From IMG/VR virus record IMGVR_UViG_3300027969_000100, positions 1 through 63,719 of that record: DNA of 63,719 nt; one strand, written 5' to 3'. The notes beneath the pieces were generated by a model, which was given only the letters and a program-made list of their open reading frames with translations, searched no databases and was not told the origin of the DNA. Source of the stretch: a virus. Its lineage: Duplodnaviria; Caudoviricetes. Shown here one piece after another: positions 8,957 through 20,084 of this stretch; the stretch's first letter is position 1, and every line of letters starts with the position of its first letter. A program made the translations under genes and the position numbers.

Positions 8957-10378
8957 ATGCCAGTATTATCAACCCCTGGGTTCCAGTTGCAGCCAAGTGC
9001 TGAGCAGGTCCCTTTATCAACTAACTACATTACCAACTTTGATTTCTTGAACCAGTATCTACCTGATACTTACGAAAAAGAATTCGAGCGTTATGGTAAT
9101 CGTACCGTAGCTTCCTTCCTAAGAATGGTAGGAGCTGAAATGCCATCCAACTCTGACATGATCAAGTGGGCTGAGCAAGGTCGTTTGCATACTAAGTATG
9201 TGAACTGTGATTCTTCTGCTGCTGCTGGAGCAGACTCTGCAACTATTACTGTTGCTGATGCTAACGTAACCGCTATTGCGATCCGTGCTGGACAGACTGT
9301 ATTTATCTCTGATAATGCTACAGGTCTTTCTAACAAGGGTATCGTAACTACTGTTGATACAGCAAATGATACTTTCGGAGTTGCTTACTACGAAGGTGCT
9401 GGACAAACTTTCTCTGGAACTGCTGTTCTTTCAGTATGGATTTATGGTTCTGAATTTAAGAAAGGAACTGTAGGAATGATCGGATCTTTGGAGGCTGAAG
9501 ATGAGTTCTTCGACAACTCTCCAATCATCATCAAGGACAAGTATGCAGTATCTGGTTCTGACATGGCTCAGATTGGATGGGTAGAAGTAACTACCGAGAA
9601 TGGTGCAACTGGATACCTTTGGTATTTGAAGTCTGAGCACGAGACTCGTCTACGTTTCGAAGACTATCTTGAGACCGCAATGATTGAAGCAGTTCCTGCT
9701 GAGGCGGGTTCTGGTGTAGCTAACGCTTCTTTGAACCCTATCTATGGTAACAAAGGTTCTGAAGGTATCTTCTACGCTGTTAACAATCGTGGTAACGTAT
9801 GGGGTGGTGGTAACCCAACTACTCTATCTGACTTTGATAGCATCATCTCTCGTCTTGATAAGCAGGGATCTATCGAAGAGAACGTAATCTTCTTGAACAG
9901 AGCATTCAGCTTTGACATTGATGATATGTTGGCAGCTCAGAATAGCTACGGTGCAGGTGGTACTTCTTATGGTCTATTTGACAACGATGAGAAGATGGCC
10001 TTGAATCTTGGATTCACTGGATTCCGTAGAGGTTATGACTTCTACAAGTCTGACTGGAAGTACTTGAATGATCCTACCATGCGTGGTGGTTTGCCTACTA
10101 GTGCATCTGCAACTGGTACTGTAACTGGTCTATTGGTACCTGCTGGTTCTACCACTGTGTATGATCAGATCCTTGGTAAGAATGCTAAGAGACCATTCTT
10201 GCACGTTCGTTTCAGAGCTTCTGAGACTGAAGATCGTAGATACAAGACTTGGATTACTGGTTCTGCCGGTGGTGCACAGACTAGCGATCTCGATGCAATG
10301 GAGGTTAACTTCTTGTCTGAGCGTTGTGTATGTACCTTGGGTGCAAACAACTTCGTGTTGTTCAGATACGGAGCCTAA
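8957..10378 (+). CDS. Major capsid protein
   Basis: 473 aa after scaffold, strongly biased codons, followed by a strong terminator; resembles capsids of Bacteroidota podoviruses (recollection). Confidence 0.8.
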   Translation: MPVLSTPGFQLQPSAEQVPLSTNYITNFDFLNQYLPDTYEKEFERYGNRTVASFLRMVGAEMPSNSDMIKWAEQGRLHTKYVNCDSSAAAGADSATITVADANVTAIAIRAGQTVFISDNATGLSNKGIVTTVDTANDTFGVAYYEGAGQTFSGTAVLSVWIYGSEFKKGTVGMIGSLEAEDEFFDNSPIIIKDKYAVSGSDMAQIGWVEVTTENGATGYLWYLKSEHETRLRFEDYLETAMIEAVPAEAGSGVANASLNPIYGNKGSEGIFYAVNNRGNVWGGGNPTTLSDFDSIISRLDKQGSIEENVIFLNRAFSFDIDDMLAAQNSYGAGGTSYGLFDNDEKMALNLGFTGFRRGYDFYKSDWKYLNDPTMRGGLPTSASATGTVTGLLVPAGSTTVYDQILGKNAKRPFLHVRFRASETEDRRYKTWITGSAGGAQTSDLDAMEVNFLSERCVCTLGANNFVLFRYGA

Positions 10379-10391
10379 TTGTAAATAATAT

Positions 10392-10417
10392 GGAGGGGCC
10401 GATTGGCCCTTCCTTTT
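10392..10417 (+). terminator. Intrinsic terminator
   Basis: GGAGGGGCC-GATT-GGCCCTTCC followed by TTTT. Confidence 0.8.
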
Positions 10418-10439
10418 ATAACTTTAAATAAACAAAACA

Positions 10440-10943
10440 ATGGCAAAGAAAGTAATGGGACCTGGTCCTAAAAAAGGCATAACTACTTTAGGTGCTGGAA
10501 CAGGAAGTGGGATCACAAAGTATGCTGCTGAAAACGCAAGACAAAAAGCTATTAAAGAGGCAGCAAGAAAGTCTGCGGCTGCTGCAATAAGAACTCCTGC
10601 TCCTAAAAAGGCAGCTCCTAAAAAGCCTGTTGCTCCTGCTTCTGCTCCTAAAAAGGCAGCTGCTCCTGCTCCTGCTCCTGCTCCTGCTGTTGCAGCAAAG
10701 AAGCCTAGTACTATTAACAAAAGAGCACCATTAATGGATGTTCCTGTTGGTAACAAAGGATATAGAATGTCAGTTGATACCACAAACATGGGCAAGCCAG
10801 ATGAAAATACCTATAACTTTATTATAAAAAATCCAGCTGGAAAAGTAACATCAAAGGGGAACCTATCACGTGGTGGTGGCGGGGCTGGTATTGGTAAGGC
10901 TGCGGCTAATCAATTAGTTAAAAAGCTTAAAGCAAAGAAGTAA
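10440..10943 (+). CDS. Histone H1-like Lys/Ala/Pro-rich protein
   Basis: PAPKKAAPKKPVAPASAPKKAAAPAPAPAP; very basic. Confidence 0.6.
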   Translation: MAKKVMGPGPKKGITTLGAGTGSGITKYAAENARQKAIKEAARKSAAAAIRTPAPKKAAPKKPVAPASAPKKAAAPAPAPAPAVAAKKPSTINKRAPLMDVPVGNKGYRMSVDTTNMGKPDENTYNFIIKNPAGKVTSKGNLSRGGGGAGIGKAAANQLVKKLKAKK

Positions 10944-10952
10944 CAATTAACT

Positions 10953-10981
10953 GAGGGGGTCGCTGTGGCTCCCTCTATTTT
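10953..10981 (+). terminator. Intrinsic terminator
   Basis: GAGGGGGTC...GGCTCCCTC followed by TATTTT. Confidence 0.65.
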
Positions 10982-11001
10982 AAATCTTTAAATCTAATCA
11001 A

Positions 11002-11751
11002 ATGAAAAAGCAATCAATAAGTTCTGACAAAGTTTACAAACTCAAGGGAGAGTCTGCTCCTTTATCATTCACCCTACCATCAAGAAATACTAGAAGGTAT
11101 CCACTACTTTATTTTGATGAAGAAAATAATGTCAACAGGACATTAAGGTATGCCATCAATCAGAAGTCTCCATTTGAGGATGAGCAAGATGGCAACGCAA
11201 TTGTAGAGCCAATCGTATTTGAGAATGGCTTCCTATCAGTTCCAAGAACTAACCCTGTACTCCAGCAGTTCCTTCACTACCATCCACTTAATGGCATATC
11301 ATTTATTCAGGTTGATTATGAGAAGGATGCAGCCAAGGAAGTAGAGCAGCTTACATCTGAAGTAGATGCGTTGATTGAAGCACGTCAACTTAGCGTTGAT
11401 CAGATGGAGACAATTGCTAGAGTATTGTTCAGTAAAGATCCAAACAAGTTCACAACATCTGAACTTAAGCGTGATATCTTGATTTATGCAAAGAGAGATC
11501 CAAGGGGATTCTTAAATATCCTACGTGATCCAATGTTAAAACTTCAGGCAAATATCCACGTGTTCTTTGAGAACAAGTTACTGGCATTCAGAAATAATAA
11601 CAAAGAAGTGTGGTTTAATACACCTTCTGTAAAGAAAAAGATGCTTACTGTCTCTTATGGTGATGACCCATACTTTGCCGTGGCTCAGTTCCTAAAGACA
11701 GATGATGGCATCGATGCTTTGAAAATGTTAGAAAATAATTTAGATTTGTAA
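11002..11751 (+). CDS. Conserved hypothetical protein of the head module
   Basis: 249-aa ORF in the structural operon. Confidence 0.6.
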   Translation: MKKQSISSDKVYKLKGESAPLSFTLPSRNTRRYPLLYFDEENNVNRTLRYAINQKSPFEDEQDGNAIVEPIVFENGFLSVPRTNPVLQQFLHYHPLNGISFIQVDYEKDAAKEVEQLTSEVDALIEARQLSVDQMETIARVLFSKDPNKFTTSELKRDILIYAKRDPRGFLNILRDPMLKLQANIHVFFENKLLAFRNNNKEVWFNTPSVKKKMLTVSYGDDPYFAVAQFLKTDDGIDALKMLENNLDL

Positions 11752-11785
11752 GACATAGTTTTTTTTTGGGCTTAAGTTTAAAAAT

Positions 11786-11814
11786 GGGGGTGTAATAACA
11801 CCCTCTTTTTTTTT
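11786..11814 (+). terminator. Intrinsic terminator
   Basis: GGGGGTGT-AATA-ACACCCTC followed by T9. Confidence 0.8.
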
Positions 11815-11838
11815 GTTTATATTTGTAAAAAGACTAGA

Positions 11839-12582
11839 ATGATCAACTCAGTTCGAAATACCGTATTGGCAATTCTGAACAAGAATAATTACGGCTACAT
11901 CTCCCCATCTGACTTCAACCTGTTTGCCAAGCAGGCTCAGCTAGAAATATTTGAGGAGTACTTCTCTGAGTACAACGATACTATTAACAAAGAGAATGCT
12001 CGTGTTTCAGGTACTGACTACGCAAATGTTAGAAAGGCTTTAGAGGAAGCGATTGAACTATTCGCTATGACATCAACTCTTTCTCAGGTGACTGCGGCTT
12101 CAAACAGATATTATCTGCCATCAGTAACAACGACTGGATTTGATTACTTTATGATCAATAAGATTCTTGTGTATGATGCATCTGGTGCTACTAGAGTATT
12201 CAAGGGTGAGGCAGCTAAGGTAACTCATGGTAAGATTACCATGCTGATTAACTCTAACTTAACTGCTCCAACAGAAACATACCCAGCTTATACTCAGGAA
12301 GGTAGTATACTTACTGTATACCCATCGACCATTAATCTTGCTAACGAGTTAGATGCCAACTACTTCAGATATCCAAAGGACCCTAAGTGGACATTCACTA
12401 CACTAACTAATGGTGAGCCTGTGTTCAATCAGGCCCCTGGTTTAGGATACCAAGACTTTGAGATACCGGTTGAGGATGAAATAAAAGTAATAGCAAAGAT
12501 TCTTCAGTACGCTGGTATGTCTATACGTGAGATTGAGGCAGTACAATTTGGTGGAGCTGAAGAACAAAAACAATCACAATAA
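11839..12582 (+). CDS. Putative head-tail adaptor/tail ring protein
   Basis: Position, size, Y(F)RYPKDPKW motif. Confidence 0.55.
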   Translation: MINSVRNTVLAILNKNNYGYISPSDFNLFAKQAQLEIFEEYFSEYNDTINKENARVSGTDYANVRKALEEAIELFAMTSTLSQVTAASNRYYLPSVTTTGFDYFMINKILVYDASGATRVFKGEAAKVTHGKITMLINSNLTAPTETYPAYTQEGSILTVYPSTINLANELDANYFRYPKDPKWTFTTLTNGEPVFNQAPGLGYQDFEIPVEDEIKVIAKILQYAGMSIREIEAVQFGGAEEQKQSQ

Positions 12583-12584
12583 TC

Positions 12585-13508
12585 ATGGCATATATCACTC
12601 AAGAAAAGTACTACGAAAATAGCGGAGTAGCTCCTGTAGATGCAAACTGGGGATCATACCAGTATGTTAGCTTACAGGATATTGTCAATAACTTCTTGTT
12701 GATGTACTCTGGCAACCACTCATTGGTAAATAATGAGGAGCGATATAAGATTTTGTTTCATGCCAAGAGAGCAATACAGGAACTAAACTACGATGCATTC
12801 AAGCAGGTAAAGGTTCTTGAACTCACTGTAAATGATACACTTAAGTATATCCTACCATCTGACTATGTCAACTGGGTTAGAGTAAACCTATACAAGGATG
12901 GGTACCTAAGACCATTAACTGAAAACATCCAAGTCCTTTCTTCATTAGCTTATCTTCAGGATAACACCGGTAAGATATTGTTTGACCAACAAGGTAATGC
13001 ATTGTCTCCTGAGTTTTCTGAGATTGACTTACAGAGATTGAAAGGTATCAAGAGAAGTATTTACTTGAATCCTCAGAGCCCATATGATGGTCAAGAAGGG
13101 TGGAACGTGGGGGGCAACTGGTACTTTGACTACGGTATTGGAGCCAGATATGGATTAAATACTGAGACTGCTAACTTCAACCCTACATTTAATATTGATG
13201 CCAAGAGTGGTGTGATTAACTTCAACTCAGACATGTATGGCGAATCAGTAATATTGGAGTACATATCTGATGGGCTTGAGAATGGGAATGATGCAAGTGT
13301 TAGTGTAAATAAATTGTTTGAAAAATTTATTTATGCGTACATTACGTATGAAATATTAAATTCTAAGCTTGGTGTACAGGAGTACATTGTGAACCGTGCA
13401 AGAAAAGAGAAGACTGCTCTTCTGAGAAATTCTAAAATAAGATTGAGTAACATTCACCCAGGTAGACTATTGATGAATCTACGTGGCATGGACAAGTGGT
13501 TGAAATAA
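12585..13508 (+). CDS. Putative tail tubular/adaptor protein
   Basis: LPSDYVNWVRV motif typical of adaptor proteins; position. Confidence 0.55.
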   Translation: MAYITQEKYYENSGVAPVDANWGSYQYVSLQDIVNNFLLMYSGNHSLVNNEERYKILFHAKRAIQELNYDAFKQVKVLELTVNDTLKYILPSDYVNWVRVNLYKDGYLRPLTENIQVLSSLAYLQDNTGKILFDQQGNALSPEFSEIDLQRLKGIKRSIYLNPQSPYDGQEGWNVGGNWYFDYGIGARYGLNTETANFNPTFNIDAKSGVINFNSDMYGESVILEYISDGLENGNDASVSVNKLFEKFIYAYITYEILNSKLGVQEYIVNRARKEKTALLRNSKIRLSNIHPGRLLMNLRGMDKWLK

Positions 13509-13509
13509 T

Positions 13510-16500
13510 ATGACTAATATCACAAGAAACTTCATAGCTGGGAGAATGAATAAAGTCGTTGATGAACGACTAATTCCTGATGGAGAGTATATCGATGCGC
13601 TTAATGTTCGCATGGGGTCTACTGAAAACTCTGAGATTGGTGTCATTGAAAATACTAAGGGCAACAGCAAGTTAACTACGATTAAGTATGTTAATGGAAC
13701 AGCACTAAGTTCTTCGGCTAGATGTATAGGTACTATAGCGGACAACACCAATGAGACTATCTACTGGTTTATCCATGACTCCAACTTTCCAGTAGGTGCT
13801 ACAGGTAAGCTTGATATGATTGTGTCATTCAACGTGTACAACAACATATTGACATACCATTTGATTAGTATCAACGATGGGAGTGGTAGTAAGACTACGC
13901 TAAACTTTAACCCTGAGTATCTAATTACAGGTGTCAACATTATTGATAACTTAATATTCTTCACTGATGACTATAACCCACCAAGGGTAATAAACAGACT
14001 GAAGAACTACACTGATCCTGTTGGAAACATAGACCAGTTTAGTGCTGAATCTATTCTTGTGATTAAGAAGCCACCGGTACAGTCACCTAGTGTTACATTA
14101 ATAAATACGGGTGATCAGAGTAATTTCCTAGAGAGTAGGTATATATGCTTTGCGTATCGATACGAGTATGAGGATGGAGAGTACAGTGCCACATCTCAGT
14201 GGTCTGCTCCTGCGTTTCAACCTAAGCAGTTTAGCTTTAGCATTAACAGCTACCTAAATGATGGGATGCAGAATCAATTTAATGGTGCTAGGGTAACTTA
14301 CAATACAGGTGGTCCACTTGTAGTTGGTATTGACTTATTGTTTAAGGATACCAATAGCAATGTGATTAAGGTTATTGAGAAGCTTAATAAGGCTGACCTT
14401 GGATTCACTAATAATGAAAACCGTACATACACATTTACGAACAGTAAGATATTTACCGTTCTCCCTGAAAGTGAGCTGCTTAGATTGTACGACAACGTAC
14501 CATTGCTGGCTAAGGCTCAGACTATCATGGGCAACAGACTCATGTATGGCAACTATGTTGAGGGATATGACATGGTGGATACTAATGGTAACACTGTAAA
14601 GCTTGAGTACTCTACTCAGTTAATATCTGATGAGCTTGACAACTCTGAGATAACAGATTCTCTTACCTCAGGAATATATAATTTTGGCGGTGCTCAGACG
14701 ATTCCAGGGGCAGTGGTATTACTAGACCTTTCACCATTTGAACTCGTTGCAGGGGCCTCTATTACGCTTGATATAACCTTTGATCATCAGGGGTTCTCAG
14801 GCAATACTCCTTTTCCTACAGAGACTACTAATAATGTGTCTCTTAACTTTTCATTTGTACTTCCTAGGTCTTACACATCCGTATATGAACTAGCAAGTAG
14901 TGTTGAGTTTCAAGATGCTATAGGAACTATTTCTAATGTTACTACTGTAGCAAACTCTTGTAATGGGACAACATTCACAGACCAGTTTAACTGCTCATTA
15001 CCACAGAACTTAAATGCTTTGATTAAATACCAGAGTGGTATTGGATCTGCTGGTCAGGGTCTAGGAATTATCACATCACCTGGAAGTCCATACATAGGCA
15101 TACAATTGCTTACAATGAGGTATGTCAATAATACGACTACCCCAACAATAAATGTATACGAGTACTATGAGTTTACTAATATTAATGCGTTCTATCAGAA
15201 GATAAATTCTTCAAGAAGCTTGCATAGCAATAGAGGATATGAGATTGGTATCGTATACATGGATGACTTCAACAGATCAACAACTGCTTTAGTTAGTCCA
15301 AACAATACTGTTCACGTACCATGCTCAGCATCTGATACAAAGAACTCAATACAGGTTACTATACCTGCAACTCAGAGACCACCATATTGGGCAACACGAT
15401 ATAAGTTTGTAATCAAGCCTGATGAGGAGAACTACGATACAATATATAGCACAATATTCTTCAATGACCCACTAACCAATAATGTGTTCTTCTTGCTTGA
15501 GGGTGAGAATGCCAGAAAGGTTCAGCAGGGAGACAGACTAATTGTAAAGGCTGATACTAATGGGCCTACACAGAATTGTGTGTACACTACTGTGCTTGAG
15601 AAAGAGTCTCAGGTAGAAGGATTCATTGAGATACCAAGTGATTTAGATCCAAGCGTAAATATCCCAGTCCCGGCTGGTGTATACATAAAGATTAATCCAA
15701 ATAACTTCGCTGTAGTTAAAGAACAGGATGACATTATAGCACCAGGTACTATTCAGGTAGATGAGAATAATGGAGGGGATTACCCAAGACTAATTTATCC
15801 AATGAACTCTAAGAGGGTAGCTGGATATGATCCTGCTCATCCTGCATGGGTATATGAGGACTATACTGTACCTGCTGGTAGTAGGATAAAGATAAGCCTT
15901 AAATTCCAAAGACTTGGTGTAGGTAAGGGTAATGGTGATTGCGAGAGGAGAATATATACTCTAGAGAAGACCATGATTGCATCTGCTGACTATAACAATA
16001 TGGTCGATTGGTTTAATGGAGACAATGTTCAAGTAGTTCTAGACCAAGGCGTTCAGGATGTAGGAGGGGATGGATGTGAAATTCAGAATGACTACATATC
16101 TACAGTCTATAATTATACTACAGGGTCAGCAACAGCTGCTATTTCTGCTCCTGCAACATGTACTAATAAGTATCGATTCGCTAGAAACACAGTTACTAAT
16201 GAGTTGTCACTTGTTATATCTGGCACCGTTCGTTGTAATGGTACACTTTATAGGAATGATAGAAGGTCTACTGTTATTGCTACGTTCGAGGTGTTCCGTG
16301 CTGACTCAACTATTATATTTGAGACTGAGCCATCTGATGCATCGCCTGATATATTCTTTGAGAATGACTTGTCTCTTCCAATTGTAAATGGATACCACAC
16401 TGGTAATGTCCAGAATCAGACAATATCAGCATCAGCAATTATTGACACGCTGTTCTTTAACTGCTTCTGTTTTGGTAACGGAGCAGAGAGCTATAAGATA

Positions 16501-17931
16501 CTTGACTCAATTATTGGAAGGACACTTACATTAGGTACTAGAGTAACTGCTGTATCTGATCAGGACTATAGAATGGTTAGGAGATTTGCAGACATGACCT
16601 ATAGTGGTGTGTATAACTTTGAGAGCAATGTTAATAAGCTCAATGAGTTTAACCTTGGTCTACTTAACTACAAGTACCTTGAGGTGTCATTTGGACCTAT
16701 CTATGTTTTAGATGGCCGTGAGACAGATGTGCTTGTACTACAGGAGGATAAGATATCCTATGTGCTTGCTAATAAGAATTTGATTTCTGACTCAGCAGGT
16801 GGTGGTGCTATCTCATCAGTGCCAGAGATACTTGGTACTCAGATAGCTAGGACAGAAGAGTTTGGTATTAGCTTCCACCCAGAGAGTTATGTTCAATGGG
16901 GATACGATAGATTCTTTACAGATGTAAAGCGTGGTGCAGTACTTCAGTTAAGAGGCAATGACCTTGCTGTAATATCTGAGATGGGTATGAGGACTTGGTT
17001 TAGAGATGACTTCATCGAGTCATTCAATACTCAAAAGCTAGGTGGGTATGATCCGTATCTAAATGAATACGTTCTAACTAGTAATTCTCAGGACCTTCCT
17101 AGACCAGTCGAATGCTTATCATGTGGTGTTGCTCAGACATTTACTATACCTACAGGGAATTCACAAAATTATTGTGTTGACTTAGGTCAGGCAGTTGGAC
17201 TTACAACATTGACTTATACTGTACCTGCTGGGTCTACTGCATCTTTTACTGTATCAGTAACTTATAATAATGTTACTCAGACATCTGGTGTTGTAACTAC
17301 ATCAGGATCATTGCAGTTTAATAAGAGCTCTAACTCCGTTAACGTAAGTACGGTTACGATAACTGCATCCAATCCTTTAGAGATAACGGTAAGGCATAGC
17401 TGTCCTGTTCAGCAGACTCTAACTATTGTTAATGTGACTCTTACTAGTGTGGTTGATGCAGGTAAGTTTATCCACAATCAGTACCGATATACTGCTGGAT
17501 CTTTTGTATCGCCATTGCAATCTACTCTTGTTACATTTGCTACAGGAAGCGCAAGTCCTATAGTATCTCAATACAATACAATTGTAGGGGCTGAAGGGAC
17601 ATCAGGCATACCAACGACAGGATCAAACTTACAAATCATATCGAATAAGATTGACTTTGATACATTTGATTTTGTGTTAGGACAGGATAAGTTTAGATAT
17701 CTTCGTAGCAATACACTATACGCAAACAATCCTGCTAACATTGCATCATTGATTGCTGCATCTACGGTGGTTAGTCCAATAACTGGCAGTGCTGGACTCT
17801 TCTCAGGATCTTTCGTTGTTCCTAGTGTCGGACAATATCTTTATTTAATTTGGGATTACAGAAACTCAGCACCTGTAACCCTGTGCTACTCTAATTCAAA
17901 TACTCAAGACGCATGCTGCGGCTGCGCATAA
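13510..17931 (+). CDS. Tail stabilisation/nozzle protein (P22 gp10-like)
   Basis: N-terminal FIAGRMNKVVDERLIPDGEYIDALNVR, beta-rich, FGISFHPES...FFTDVKRGAVL. Confidence 0.65.
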   Translation: MTNITRNFIAGRMNKVVDERLIPDGEYIDALNVRMGSTENSEIGVIENTKGNSKLTTIKYVNGTALSSSARCIGTIADNTNETIYWFIHDSNFPVGATGKLDMIVSFNVYNNILTYHLISINDGSGSKTTLNFNPEYLITGVNIIDNLIFFTDDYNPPRVINRLKNYTDPVGNIDQFSAESILVIKKPPVQSPSVTLINTGDQSNFLESRYICFAYRYEYEDGEYSATSQWSAPAFQPKQFSFSINSYLNDGMQNQFNGARVTYNTGGPLVVGIDLLFKDTNSNVIKVIEKLNKADLGFTNNENRTYTFTNSKIFTVLPESELLRLYDNVPLLAKAQTIMGNRLMYGNYVEGYDMVDTNGNTVKLEYSTQLISDELDNSEITDSLTSGIYNFGGAQTIPGAVVLLDLSPFELVAGASITLDITFDHQGFSGNTPFPTETTNNVSLNFSFVLPRSYTSVYELASSVEFQDAIGTISNVTTVANSCNGTTFTDQFNCSLPQNLNALIKYQSGIGSAGQGLGIITSPGSPYIGIQLLTMRYVNNTTTPTINVYEYYEFTNINAFYQKINSSRSLHSNRGYEIGIVYMDDFNRSTTALVSPNNTVHVPCSASDTKNSIQVTIPATQRPPYWATRYKFVIKPDEENYDTIYSTIFFNDPLTNNVFFLLEGENARKVQQGDRLIVKADTNGPTQNCVYTTVLEKESQVEGFIEIPSDLDPSVNIPVPAGVYIKINPNNFAVVKEQDDIIAPGTIQVDENNGGDYPRLIYPMNSKRVAGYDPAHPAWVYEDYTVPAGSRIKISLKFQRLGVGKGNGDCERRIYTLEKTMIASADYNNMVDWFNGDNVQVVLDQGVQDVGGDGCEIQNDYISTVYNYTTGSATAAISAPATCTNKYRFARNTVTNELSLVISGTVRCNGTLYRNDRRSTVIATFEVFRADSTIIFETEPSDASPDIFFENDLSLPIVNGYHTGNVQNQTISASAIIDTLFFNCFCFGNGAESYKILDSIIGRTLTLGTRVTAVSDQDYRMVRRFADMTYSGVYNFESNVNKLNEFNLGLLNYKYLEVSFGPIYVLDGRETDVLVLQEDKISYVLANKNLISDSAGGGAISSVPEILGTQIARTEEFGISFHPESYVQWGYDRFFTDVKRGAVLQLRGNDLAVISEMGMRTWFRDDFIESFNTQKLGGYDPYLNEYVLTSNSQDLPRPVECLSCGVAQTFTIPTGNSQNYCVDLGQAVGLTTLTYTVPAGSTASFTVSVTYNNVTQTSGVVTTSGSLQFNKSSNSVNVSTVTITASNPLEITVRHSCPVQQTLTIVNVTLTSVVDAGKFIHNQYRYTAGSFVSPLQSTLVTFATGSASPIVSQYNTIVGAEGTSGIPTTGSNLQIISNKIDFDTFDFVLGQDKFRYLRSNTLYANNPANIASLIAASTVVSPITGSAGLFSGSFVVPSVGQYLYLIWDYRNSAPVTLCYSNSNTQDACCGCA

Positions 17932-17941
17932 ACAAGTTAAT

Positions 17942-18856
17942 ATGGCAACATCAGGAACATTTTATTTAGACGCCCCATCACTTAGTACCGCTACGGTGGT
18001 ATACTCAAATGCTGCGTTGACTACAGTGGCTGCCAATGGTTTCTATGCTGATGGATCTATTGTTAGACAGCAGGTTTCTGGAGTACTATTACCTCAGCAA
18101 ACTTGTCCTGCGTGTGCAGTACCTTGTGGAGGTACAATAAGTGCTAGTGGAAATCAAGGAATATATTATCTTGATACAGATTTGGGGACAAATCTTGGTG
18201 CTGTTATTATTAGGTTTGATCCATTTAGTATACCTGATGGTATATTAGCTGTATACAATAGCATAACTTACAATGGTTTATCATCACCATTATATGGTTG
18301 GAGACAAGGTACTGCTGGTCTTGCTACGTACATTGGAGCTACTGGACAAGATTGTGGTATAGTTGCAGGATCACCCTATACTTTAGATGAATATGAGTAC
18401 AATGGAAGCATTTTTGCTCCTTTAGGTACAACTACTATCGTTTCAGTAGCAGCAGGTCAACTACAGTTTACAGTAGGAGGACCTGGTAATAGTGTAATGG
18501 TGATACCAAAGACAGCAGCAAGTCCTTCTGTATTGAATATTAGTTTCATTGGACCATGTTCAGGAACTGCTTTTAATATTTCAGTTGCATGTCCAGCTGC
18601 GCTACCATCGTTTGCATCTAGTACTGTTAATGCAAGTAGTGTATTGGCTTGTGCTGATGCTATTGATCAGACATACTATGTTGCGTATGTAACTGGAGCT
18701 TCAGGAGTCCTGGGATTATATGACTTGGTATTCAGTGATGCTAATGGCCAGTCTAAACTAGGAGCAGGTTACTACAAGACTACAGCAGCTGGGGCAAACA
18801 ATTGGTATCAAGTGGATGCCAATGGCGTAATTATTGCATTTGGAACTTGTCCTTAA
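17942..18856 (+). CDS. Cys/Gly-rich virion protein
   Basis: Beta-rich with multiple Cys, in the tail operon. Confidence 0.5.
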   Translation: MATSGTFYLDAPSLSTATVVYSNAALTTVAANGFYADGSIVRQQVSGVLLPQQTCPACAVPCGGTISASGNQGIYYLDTDLGTNLGAVIIRFDPFSIPDGILAVYNSITYNGLSSPLYGWRQGTAGLATYIGATGQDCGIVAGSPYTLDEYEYNGSIFAPLGTTTIVSVAAGQLQFTVGGPGNSVMVIPKTAASPSVLNISFIGPCSGTAFNISVACPAALPSFASSTVNASSVLACADAIDQTYYVAYVTGASGVLGLYDLVFSDANGQSKLGAGYYKTTAAGANNWYQVDANGVIIAFGTCP

Positions 18857-18861
18857 TAACT

Positions 18862-19668
18862 ATGGCAAACTATACACTATCATATAGTGAATCTGCACAG
18901 GGGTGGCCTTCGTTCTACTCCTTCATTCCTGACTACATGCTTGGGATGAACAACTACTTCTACACATTCAAGGGAGGGAACTTGTATCGTCACAATGTTA
19001 ATGAGACCAGGAACAACTTCTATGGTACTCAGTACACATCTAGACTTCAAAGCGTATTCAATGTATCTCCTCTTGAAAATAAGATATTCAAGACTCTTAA
19101 TTTAGAGGGGAATCAAAGCTGGGCCACACTAATGGAGACAGACATTCAGACCTCTGGTTTCATTGAGGCTGCTTGGTATGAGAAGAAGGAGGCATCATGG
19201 TTTGCATTTGTACGGAACGCAGGTACGGTGCCAGCACAGCCATCTGAGTATGCACTTAGATCAGTGAATGGCATTGGATTAAGTCAGAACGTAACTGGTG
19301 CTGCGGCAGCATTGAATGTATCGTTCCCTATTAGTCCAGATCTAACAGAGATTGGAAGCATAGTAAGTGTAGGGGACTACTTATACTACAGCTTGCCAGC
19401 ATCATATTCAACACCAATATTGTGTGGCCAGATTACTAGCATTGTGGTGGACTATCCCACTGGTGCCAATAGAATAGTTGTGAATGCATCAATAGCTGGG
19501 GGTGGCATCCCTCCAATAACTACCCCTTTCTTTATGTATATTAAGGGGTCGGTAGCGGAGTCTCACGGAGTACTAGGACATTATTGTATATTTACACTAG
19601 AGAATAACAGCACTACTAAGGTTGAGCTATTTGCAGTTGAGTCTGAAGTAATGAAAAGTTATCCTTAA
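18862..19668 (+). CDS. Virion protein, probably the separated C-terminal part of the stabilisation protein family
   Basis: Likely start MANYTLSYSE; GWPSFYSFIPD...KIFKTLNLEG. Confidence 0.55.
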   Translation: MANYTLSYSESAQGWPSFYSFIPDYMLGMNNYFYTFKGGNLYRHNVNETRNNFYGTQYTSRLQSVFNVSPLENKIFKTLNLEGNQSWATLMETDIQTSGFIEAAWYEKKEASWFAFVRNAGTVPAQPSEYALRSVNGIGLSQNVTGAAAALNVSFPISPDLTEIGSIVSVGDYLYYSLPASYSTPILCGQITSIVVDYPTGANRIVVNASIAGGGIPPITTPFFMYIKGSVAESHGVLGHYCIFTLENNSTTKVELFAVESEVMKSYP

Positions 19669-19672
19669 ATTT

Positions 19673-20083
19673 ATGGGAATCTTAGTAAGACAACTAAATA
19701 CAAGCGACTACGATGACATCCTTGTCAAGTGGTGGAATGACTGGGGACTGGATGCACCGGCTAGAGATTTCTTACCTGATGATGCTACTAGCGGACTGAT
19801 TGTATTTGATGGGGATGAGCCAGTATGTGCTGGATTCATTTATACCATGAACGCAAAGGTTACCTGGGTTGAGTGGATAATATCTAGCAGGACCTATAGA
19901 AAGAAGCCAGCAAGGAAAGAGTGTTTGGATTTATTGATTTATACTCTTACTCAGGTTTGTAAAATTAAAGGGGCGAAGTATGTGTTCTCAAATAATAACA
20001 ACAAGCATTTAATTGAGGTCTTTACTAATAGTGGGTACATCAAGGGATGTACAAATTCAACAGAGTTAATAAAAATATTGTGA
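19673..20083 (+). CDS. Putative GNAT-fold protein preceding the internal virion genes
   Basis: VRQLNTSDYD...GLIVFDGDEPVCAGFIY...SGY; position analogous to T7 gp13. Confidence 0.5.
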   Translation: MGILVRQLNTSDYDDILVKWWNDWGLDAPARDFLPDDATSGLIVFDGDEPVCAGFIYTMNAKVTWVEWIISSRTYRKKPARKECLDLLIYTLTQVCKIKGAKYVFSNNNNKHLIEVFTNSGYIKGCTNSTELIKIL

Positions 20084-20084
20084 T

